From Tubiluchus corallicola (lineage: Eukaryota; Animalia; Priapulida), in contig JAQGDQ010000320.1 in NCBI GenBank assembly GCA_030141605.1, positions 124,001 to 188,000 on the forward strand: DNA of 64,000 bases. The letters run 5' to 3'. The notes below the pieces were generated by a model, which worked only from the letters and a program-made list of their open reading frames with translations, was not told where the DNA came from and did no database searches. The first letter of the stretch is position 1. Each line of letters begins with the position of its first letter. Positions 61,601 to 64,000 of the stretch are shown here, one piece after another. A program made the position numbers and the translations under genes.

Positions 61601-63823
61601 GATGATGATGTACCAGTCGAGCAACTTAGTCAGTCTGAGGACGTGGCTAAAGGTGAGAAACGTTTAAAAAAGAGCGATGATAACAGTGTTTCAGAACAGT
61701 CTGATACGGTACCGATGCATGACGATGGTCCTGCAGGCGACACTTGTTCTGGTCGCACCATAGTGGATTCTAATGACGTTGTTTCAGATTGTACGACATC
61801 TCTGTCTTTGCTCGGCGACACGAACTTGACAAACGATTTTGTAGGTAAAGAAAATGTACCTGCAAACAGAAACGTTGCCAACACTAGCGACGATGAAAGT
61901 TGTCAAGAACTCGATTTGAAACTATCCACTTCTCAAAGCGCGAGCGAAGTTGGCACACCCCTAGCGAGTAGAAAACTTGACGCTTCAAGTTCTGCGAATC
62001 ATCAAGACGCTAAGAAGCCAAGAGCTTTAGAAATCGCCAACAAGCAGAAGAGAGGCAAGCGCTTGCTTAGCGATGGATCGAGTTCCGATGAAGACAGGTA
62101 TTGTTGTATTATAAAGCAAAAATGTTTAGGACTAATGACTTTGCTCTGATATATTTCAAAGATATTTCAAGAACTGTTTTTAGTAATTTTACTATTTTAG
62201 TAATTAGGCTTGCTACAATTTAAGCAACTTCCTGCTACAGAGATGTTGTTTGCAACTTTATACTCGAGTTCATTTGGGAAAACACCGGGAGAAATATTTT
62301 TCACTTGACAAAAATTTTCTCTGACTGAACTAGTTATCTGTAGATCAGATTTTTAAGCTGATTGTAGTCAATATGTTGAGTGTAGGCATAACGGCCACAG
62401 CATCCAAAAACTGGAAAACTTTTGTGTAAATTTCATAATATGCAACTTTTTCAAAATGGTGTTGCAGCTAGCATTTGAGACATGGTGTATTTATCACTGT
62501 TAAACTGTTCTCGGTCTCACATATAATAGCAGCATACTAGCTAAGTAACCTGGCAAATACTAACACTTATGTCATTCTATACGTGATAAGGCAAACTCCA
62601 CATACATGCTAGGACTAATTTAACTAATCATTTTACTCCAGTCGCCATATTCACTTGTTGAAAAACGTTTTGCCTTAAAATCAAGCCAATCAAACGTCAT
62701 TGTGTTAAGAAATGGTAAAAAAAATTGCATGACGGTTTTTGCAGTCACATTGAGCTGTTAACTCTAAACGAGTACGTTAAGCATTCAGAAAAAATCTTTC
62801 AGACATTGTCGTTTATTTCAGAGAGCTGATTTCAAGAGAAAACATTGGCTGTACAAGTAACACGAAGCGCAAAACCGACAGTCTTCACGAGTTGGAGAAA
62901 AATAATGATTTAAACAATGGTGAGCATACACTCTCTGCATGTTATCTATTAACTTAGAATTGATTTAGACAATTATGGAACATTTTGTAGTTACAACACC
63001 ACAACTTTATTAAAACTTAATTTACGTAGTTTAAAAATCATGTCCATAGTTAAAAAATACATTGAGGAGAATCCTCAATCCAGCATTAGTGACCATATTT
63101 GTGCCTCCAGCCACAAAGCTGATTTTAATAATTTCAGCATTGTGACCAGAGTTACAAATAACTGGGACTTATTAGTAAAAGAAAGTTTATCTATGTACCC
63201 TAATAAGGCTTCTCTTTAATGTACAAAGCATTTCAATTTCTCTAACTTTAATTTATTCTCAAGCAGTTAGCTGTTTGTTACTGTATCAATTTCTCTTCTA
63301 CTGTTCTGCTTAATCATTACCTATTTGACTTCTGTTAAACACATAATTAGTGCTTAAGTAACTGTATCAATTTCTCTTCTACTGTTCTGCTTAATCATTA
63401 CCTATTTGACTTCTGTTAAACACATAATTAGTGCTTAAGTAACTGTATCAATTTCTTTTCTACGGGTCTGCTTAATCATTACCTATCTGACTTTTGTTAA
63501 ACACATAATTAGTGCATAATATTCTATATTGTAGGCTTTGCCTATATAAACTGGTTGTATGTTTGTAAAAATTTGCCACTGATGACGACAGCAGTAGCTC
63601 TGTCGAAATGTTTTATTGAATGTCGTGTCTATGACCATCTAGTGTTTGTCCAAACAGTCTCAAGCAATGTAAGCATTTCATACAGACAACGCCGATGCAC
63701 TGTTTCCTAACAATGCCTTTTGTTTCCATTTTAGTCGACGGAACTGTAGACGATGATCACGAACTCATTTTCTCTCGGAAATCGGCAAAACGAAGAGTTG
63801 TTATAGAAAGTGACAGTGAATGA
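4668..63823 (+). CDS. TIMELESS: TIMELESS / timeout (timeless-2, Tof1/Swi1 orthologue; replication fork protection complex), complete 31-exon gene, ~1525 aa
   Basis: Spliced translation follows vertebrate TIMELESS motif by motif: [100 protein letters not shown]. All 30 introns are GT-AG with matching phases; the CDS totals 4578 nt ending in TGA. Confidence 0.97.
5137..5290 (+). CDS. TIMELESS: TIMELESS exon 2 ([24 protein letters not shown]...LFDATLR)
   Basis: ag/gt boundaries, conserved motif. Confidence 0.95.
5318..5365 (+). pseudogene. 3' half of a tRNA-Thr(TGT)-like sequence
   Basis: Anticodon arm TCTGC-CT TGT AA-GCAGA then GGTTCAAATCC T-loop; no 5' acceptor or D arm. Confidence 0.5.
5916..6699. 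repeat. 46-bp minisatellite x~17
   Basis: Unit GCAATGTGAATCAGTTTCAGGCCTCACCACTAATTGGGTAGACCCT. Confidence 0.97.
6899..7016 (+). CDS. TIMELESS: TIMELESS exon 3 ([13 protein letters not shown]...YLVSYKE)
   Basis: ag/gt boundaries, conserved motif. Confidence 0.95.
8669..9077. repeat. Compound tetranucleotide microsatellite (TACT)n/(CACT)n/(TGCT)n
   Basis: Direct inspection. Confidence 0.95.
9192..9254 (+). CDS. TIMELESS: TIMELESS exon 4 ([21 protein letters not shown])
   Basis: ag/gt boundaries, phase 0/0. Confidence 0.93.
9546..10047 (+). mobile_element. hAT-type MITE family A, copy 1
   Basis: TIR CAGGGGTGTGCAAATT; ~490-bp body shared by 5 copies. Confidence 0.85.
10201..10890. repeat. 36-bp minisatellite x~19, near-perfect
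   Basis: Unit CTGCTTTAGCTGCTAGCAGTGCTTGCGTCGAATCAA. Confidence 0.97.
11399..11541 (+). CDS. TIMELESS: TIMELESS exon 5 ([26 protein letters not shown]...HDQVLW)
   Basis: ag/gt boundaries, conserved motif. Confidence 0.95.
11685..12077 (-). mobile_element. Solo LTR-like element, second copy
   Basis: Collinear with 31985-32397; TSD not evident. Confidence 0.7.
13079..13193 (+). CDS. TIMELESS: TIMELESS exon 6 ([14 protein letters not shown]...[11 protein letters not shown])
   Basis: ag/gt boundaries, conserved motif. Confidence 0.95.
13333..13640 (+). mobile_element. tRNA-derived Meta-like SINE, copy 2
   Basis: Same head, core and (ATT)n tail as 1706-2015. Confidence 0.8.
13590..14115. repeat. 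Compound microsatellite (ATT)/(ATGATT)/(AGT)/(AGGAGT)/(AGGAGTTGTAGTAGT)/(AGC)
   Basis: Direct inspection; continuous with the SINE tail. Confidence 0.97.
14140..14273 (+). CDS. TIMELESS: TIMELESS exon 7 (KPESLAAAG...[19 protein letters not shown])
   Basis: ag/gt boundaries, phase-consistent. Confidence 0.93.
14810..15030 (+). mobile_element. L2/CR1-group LINE ORF2 fragment
   Basis: [41 protein letters not shown] (with frameshift) is the typical post-RT motif. Confidence 0.8.
15129..15703 (+). mobile_element. piggyBac-type MITE, copy 1
   Basis: TTAA flanks, TIR CCCTTTCACTAC. Confidence 0.85.
15861..16262 (+). mobile_element. hAT-type MITE family C, copy 1
   Basis: TIR CAGGGCCTATTTCAG, TSD GCTTTAAT/GCTCTAAT. 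Confidence 0.88.
16287..16551 (+). CDS. TIMELESS: TIMELESS exon 8 (HSRFGGTY...[29 protein letters not shown])
   Basis: ag/gtgagt, conserved motif. Confidence 0.96.
16665..17368 (+). mobile_element. piggyBac-type MITE, copy 2 (internal ~70-bp x3 duplication)
   Basis: TTAA flanks, TIR CCCTTTCACTACG / CGTAGTGAAAGGG. Confidence 0.88.
17534..17955 (-). mobile_element. Helitron-like non-autonomous element, 3' portion
   Basis: On - strand ends hairpin CGCAAAA-TC-TTTTGCG ... CTAG|T; shared with 19454-20165. Confidence 0.65.
18087..18199 (+). CDS. TIMELESS: TIMELESS exon 9 ([28 protein letters not shown])
   Basis: ag/gtaag, conserved motif. Confidence 0.95.
19328..19432 (+). CDS. TIMELESS: TIMELESS exon 10 ([22 protein letters not shown]...WSRR)
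   Basis: ag/gt, conserved motif. Confidence 0.95.
19454..20165 (-). mobile_element. Helitron-like non-autonomous element
   Basis: 3' hairpin + CTAG|T, (TA)n at the 5' end, no TIR or TSD. Confidence 0.65.
20643..21188 (+). mobile_element. 5S rRNA-derived SINE (SINE3-like), copy 1
   Basis: ~120-nt 5S-like head (20643-20762) with no oligo-T terminator, ~425-nt body, TSD ACTAACATTT at 20633-20642 and 21189-21198. Confidence 0.9.
21409..21512 (+). CDS. TIMELESS: TIMELESS exon 11 ([12 protein letters not shown]...ESAKVIK)
   Basis: ag/gt, conserved motif. Confidence 0.95.
21820..23070. repeat. 59-bp minisatellite x~21
   Basis: Unit GCAAGGGTAAATCTGTTTACCTGATTCGTCTTGCTTGTACGTCCTGGACATGGTGACTC. Confidence 0.97.
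23321..23692. repeat. 125-bp tandem repeat x3
   Basis: Units start at ~23321, 23446, 23571; each has CACGTG. Confidence 0.93.
24201..24684 (+). mobile_element. hAT-type MITE family A, copy 2
   Basis: TIRs, perfect 8-bp TSD TTCTACTG. Confidence 0.9.
24877..24955 (+). CDS. TIMELESS: TIMELESS exon 12 ([25 protein letters not shown])
   Basis: ag/gt, conserved motif. Confidence 0.95.
25402..25862. repeat. 34-bp minisatellite x~13
   Basis: Unit TTATTTGAGATAAAGGGCCCCTGTCTGAGGCTTT. Confidence 0.96.
26151..26287 (+). CDS. TIMELESS: TIMELESS exon 13 ([21 protein letters not shown]...[10 protein letters not shown], basic NLS-like)
   Basis: ag/gt, conserved motif. Confidence 0.94.
26606..26768 (+). 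CDS. TIMELESS: TIMELESS exon 14 (..LDDLWDEV...VPFDA...PVDEQK)
   Basis: CAGTAG tandem acceptor, gtatg donor. Confidence 0.92.
26957..27810. repeat. Compound (CTG)n/(CTA)n trinucleotide tract
   Basis: Direct inspection. Confidence 0.95.
28255..28335 (+). CDS. TIMELESS: TIMELESS exon 15 ([27 protein letters not shown])
   Basis: ag/gt, conserved motif. Confidence 0.94.
28590..29147 (+). mobile_element. Old dispersed repeat, possibly Kolobok-like; other copies at 1-356, 7490-7808 and inverted at 40000-40285
   Basis: Diverged collinear copies ending ..CTTCCTTTAA. Confidence 0.5.
29769..30412 (+). mobile_element. hAT-type MITE family B
   Basis: TIR CAGGGATG.GAAT, TSD GTGTCGCA/GTGTCACA. Confidence 0.85.
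30469..30566 (+). CDS. TIMELESS: TIMELESS exon 16 ([10 protein letters not shown]...[10 protein letters not shown])
   Basis: ag/gtgagt; precedes the 15-kb host intron. Confidence 0.94.
31382..31798. repeat. 33-bp minisatellite x~12
   Basis: Unit TTTATGAATTTCTCTGTTGTTGAGATGGCTTCG. Confidence 0.96.
31985..32397 (-). mobile_element. Solo LTR-like element
   Basis: TG..CA ends with short inverted repeat TGTGAAAGT/ACTTTCACA, 5-bp TSD AAGGC, TATA then AATAAA on - strand. Confidence 0.75.
32547..33845 (-). CDS. LRR gene exon 7 (last LRRs, LRRCT, stalk, TM, tail, TAA)
   Basis: 433-codon open frame from gacag acceptor to TAA. Confidence 0.94.
   Translation of the reverse strand, partial: VIEKGSFSELAKLQVLKATHVPSLKLQVPPEMLKGSVSIEELDLSRSPALTAVLLTDATQYAALRTIVNLNLDSNGLTSLPELFRAIFPHLLQIQLRDNPWHCNTSLAWMIDWLQTSEVVNFLKRADVKCTTPTELEGTKLMEVTLDEIMALEQTDATTEQTTLAKFTDEKSTKQQQTSERGKDYHTSGANVTTYSTELSPKTSQTETMTTKPNVTDNHPSTSRAISHEFTLEATQTHKVNHERSTENEQRNTDNYQTTVKSKESTQATDVTQKSTSASTAITATATRVSKMVKAEPNKSRNEGAPQNTWLHNHGATFIIITTVLTLIVISVLVGIYFRMRKQRKMQHERVRKTSADSEAGINTRRSINISTVESNQETSFSRTSEKQPTLMRLLSDTDTEADEWVYQSDTMRGEEGTEYFVDLSDTKQLLL
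32547..43373 (-). CDS. Nested antisense gene: single-pass leucine-rich-repeat membrane protein (signal peptide, LRRNT, multiple LRRs, LRRCT, Thr/Ser-rich stalk, TM, ~95-aa tail without TIR), 7 exons, ~831 aa; 2mit-like
   Basis: Exons 43373-43230, 40874-40746, 39021-38797, 38170-37779, 36099-35967, 34783-34610, 33845-32547 splice GT-AG in phase (2496 nt). Motifs: CPLHCNC LRRNT, LxxLxLxxN repeats, [40 protein letters not shown] followed by RMRKQRK. Confidence 0.93.
34009..34410 (+). mobile_element. hAT-type MITE family C, copy 2 with expanded (CT)n
   Basis: TIRs, perfect TSD AGTTTGGA. Confidence 0.9.
34610..34783 (-). CDS. LRR gene exon 6
   Basis: [33 protein letters not shown]...HNPLQ. Confidence 0.93.
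34891..35217. mobile_element. pogo/Tigger-like MITE
   Basis: TA|CAGTCGACCCTCGTTA ... TAACGAGGGTTGAC TIRs. Confidence 0.7.
35967..36099 (-). CDS. LRR gene exon 5
   Basis: [44 protein letters not shown]. Confidence 0.92.
36167..36505 (+). mobile_element. MITE family B, partial copy
   Basis: Near-identical to 41106-41445. Confidence 0.75.
37214..37765. repeat. 43-bp minisatellite x~13
   Basis: Unit AACTCAGCTTGAGCAGTAACTGCTAAACATGCCAGCATAAACT. Confidence 0.96.
37779..38170 (-). CDS. LRR gene exon 4
   Basis: [33 protein letters not shown]...NVYLHR. Confidence 0.93.
38797..39021 (-). CDS. LRR gene exon 3
   Basis: [27 protein letters not shown]...LKNNQIK. Confidence 0.93.
39098..39635. repeat. 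10/20-bp minisatellite
   Basis: (GATGAGCCTA GTGAAGCCTA)n. Confidence 0.96.
40425..40707 (-). mobile_element. Solo LTR-like element, truncated third copy
   Basis: Matches the right ~280 bp of 31985-32397. Confidence 0.7.
40746..40874 (-). CDS. LRR gene exon 2
   Basis: [43 protein letters not shown], ag/gt. Confidence 0.9.
41106..41574 (+). mobile_element. MITE family B, copy with a different internal segment
   Basis: Both ends match 29769-30412. Confidence 0.8.
41880..42432 (+). repeat. Old dispersed repeat; inverted copy at 57295-57827, fragment at 36510-36606
   Basis: Shared ATGCCGACTTATGGA..TTTTGGT end and collinear body. Confidence 0.6.
42505..42973 (-). mobile_element. hAT-type MITE family A, copy 3 (inverted)
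   Basis: TIRs, TSD GTCTAGAG/CTCTAGAG. Confidence 0.88.
43230..43373 (-). CDS. LRR gene exon 1 (signal peptide + LRRNT)
   Basis: [41 protein letters not shown].., donor gtatgc. Confidence 0.9.
45653..45785 (+). CDS. TIMELESS: TIMELESS exon 17 (acidic tract, [11 protein letters not shown])
   Basis: phase 1 matches exon 16; gtgagt donor. Confidence 0.94.
46765..47108 (+). mobile_element. hAT-type MITE family D, copy 1
   Basis: TIR CAGGGGCGGAA, perfect TSD TCAAGAAG. Confidence 0.9.
47824..48228 (+). mobile_element. hAT-type MITE family D, copy 2
   Basis: TIRs, perfect TSD TCACCAAC. Confidence 0.9.
48461..48671 (+). CDS. TIMELESS: TIMELESS exon 18 ([10 protein letters not shown]...[19 protein letters not shown])
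   Basis: ag/gt, conserved motif. Confidence 0.96.
48725..49190. mobile_element. TIR element with 5-bp TSD
   Basis: TIR CAGGGTTCCCA, flanked by CCGTA on both sides. Confidence 0.75.
49686..49831 (+). CDS. TIMELESS: TIMELESS exon 19 ([14 protein letters not shown]...EILFWKN...ESGY)
   Basis: ag/gtaag, conserved motif. Confidence 0.95.
50234..50322 (+). CDS. TIMELESS: TIMELESS exon 20 ([16 protein letters not shown]; Myb-like DNA-binding repeat 1)
   Basis: ag/gt, phase-consistent. Confidence 0.93.
50574..51110 (+). mobile_element. 5S rRNA-derived SINE, copy 2
   Basis: Same head (about 15 nt deleted) and body; TSD ACTAAGTTAAT at 50563-50573 and 51111-51121. Confidence 0.9.
51200..51326 (+). 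CDS. TIMELESS: TIMELESS exon 21 ([25 protein letters not shown])
   Basis: ag/gtgagt. Confidence 0.93.
51440..51700 (+). mobile_element. Degraded CR1-like LINE 3' fragment
   Basis: [24 protein letters not shown] motif. Confidence 0.5.
52024..52429. mobile_element. hAT-type MITE with TTCGAA-rich subterminal repeats
   Basis: TIR T.GGGGTGAGCAT, perfect TSD TTTATTAC. Confidence 0.88.
52885..53102 (+). mobile_element. Short MITE related to family C
   Basis: Shares GGGCCTCACCCTCCAGGGGGGCCTC subterminal motif. Confidence 0.5.
53192..53271 (+). CDS. TIMELESS: TIMELESS exon 22 ([20 protein letters not shown]; DNA-binding repeat 2)
   Basis: ag/gt. Confidence 0.93.
53797..54279 (+). mobile_element. 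hAT-type MITE family A, copy 4
   Basis: TIRs, perfect TSD CTATACAG. Confidence 0.9.
54527..54730 (+). CDS. TIMELESS: TIMELESS exon 23 ([30 protein letters not shown])
   Basis: ag/gtaag, conserved motif. Confidence 0.94.
55354..55760 (-). mobile_element. Tc1/mariner deletion derivative retaining the transposase N-terminal HTH
   Basis: TIR TGTCCGTAAAGTCTGGGTACAT / ATGTACCCAGACTTTATGGACA; [42 protein letters not shown] resembles DUF4817-type transposase N-termini. Confidence 0.8.
55906..56085 (+). CDS. TIMELESS: TIMELESS exon 24 (Ser/Asp-rich linker)
   Basis: ag/gt, phase 1/1. Confidence 0.9.
56225..56290 (+). CDS. TIMELESS: TIMELESS exon 25 ([22 protein letters not shown]; start of PARP1-binding domain)
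   Basis: ag/gtaag. Confidence 0.92.
57885..58251 (+). mobile_element. hAT-type MITE family A, copy 5 (5'-truncated)
   Basis: Matches the right three quarters of the other copies. Confidence 0.85.
58283..58401 (+). CDS. TIMELESS: TIMELESS exon 26 ([32 protein letters not shown])
   Basis: PAB-domain motif, ag/gt. Confidence 0.95.
58806..59550. mobile_element. pogo/Tigger-like MITE
   Basis: TA|CAGTCTAGCCTCGTTAT ... ATAACGAGGTTAGAGTG|TA. Confidence 0.8.
59660..59844 (+). CDS. TIMELESS: TIMELESS exon 27 (EQFWRIP...)
   Basis: PAB-domain motif, ag/gt. Confidence 0.93.
60424..60552 (+). CDS. TIMELESS: TIMELESS exon 28 (basic, low conservation)
   Basis: ag/gt, phase 2/2, open frame. Confidence 0.82.
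60714..61125 (+). repeat. Old dispersed repeat related to 45959-46520
   Basis: Both begin TTAAA.G...AGAAAA and share GTGCACCACT.ACT..GTTATTTAAACTT blocks. Confidence 0.45.
61336..62097 (+). CDS. TIMELESS: TIMELESS exon 29 (254-codon acidic disordered region, [10 protein letters not shown])
   Basis: Long ORF bounded by ag/gt, phase 2/2. Confidence 0.88.
62822..62919 (+). CDS. TIMELESS: TIMELESS exon 30
   Basis: ag/gtgag; required to join phase 2 to phase 1. Confidence 0.8.
62975..63615 (+). mobile_element. Penelope-like element remnant (GIY-YIG C-terminus + pseudo-LTR)
   Basis: [47 protein letters not shown] resembles PLE endonuclease C-termini; CTGATGA..GAAA motif downstream. Confidence 0.7.
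63280..63517. repeat. 82-bp tandem repeat x3
   Basis: Units at ~63280, 63362, 63444. Confidence 0.92.
63572..63620 (+). ncRNA. Degenerate minimal hammerhead ribozyme motif
   Basis: CTGATGA-C-GACAG(cagtagct)CTGTC-GAAA-TGTTT; stems I and III imperfect. Confidence 0.45.
63735..63823 (+). CDS. TIMELESS: TIMELESS last coding exon (...[14 protein letters not shown])
   Basis: Acceptor ttttag, TGA at 63821-63823; basic/acidic C-terminus like other TIMELESS proteins. Confidence 0.87.
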
Positions 63824-64000
63824 AGTGCTCATCAAGTGAATACTAGGCAATTTTGTCAGCAGTGGCTTGGAGCTGGTCAATCGCAGTTGCATGCTTTGCT
63901 AGTGTACTGGCTTGGAGCTGGTCAATCGCAGTTGCATGCTTTGCCAATGTCCTGGATGACGATGCTGACCCTGGTGACCTTAATCATTGCATAATGTCCT

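Noticed and set aside
4756-63734. U12-type or non-canonical introns
   Set aside because: All donors read are GT without the RTATCCTT signature, and all acceptors are AG.
4668-63823. Drosophila-type circadian timeless-1
   Set aside because: Motifs, Myb-like repeats and the PARP1-binding domain match the mammalian TIMELESS/timeout paralogue.

Overview
AT-rich, intron-rich animal (invertebrate-type) genomic DNA, not prokaryotic. Almost the whole window (4668-63823, + strand) is one complete TIMELESS/timeout (tim2-type) gene. I assembled 31 GT-AG coding exons by hand with consistent phases (4578 nt, about 1525 aa). Its 15-kb intron 16 (30567-45652) holds a complete 7-exon antisense gene encoding an ~831-aa protein with signal peptide, LRRs, a Thr-rich stalk and one TM helix. 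This resembles the 2mit gene nested in Drosophila timeless2. A poorly resolved head-to-head gene lies on the - strand at the left end, and an E2F-type site sits between the two starts. The introns carry many repeats: two 5S-rRNA-derived SINEs with TSDs, two tRNA/Meta-type SINEs, several hAT, piggyBac and Tc1-pogo MITE families, Helitron-like and solo-LTR-like elements, LINE and Penelope remnants (one with a degenerate hammerhead core), and about ten unrelated minisatellites. Family assignments come from recalled motifs, not from database searches.
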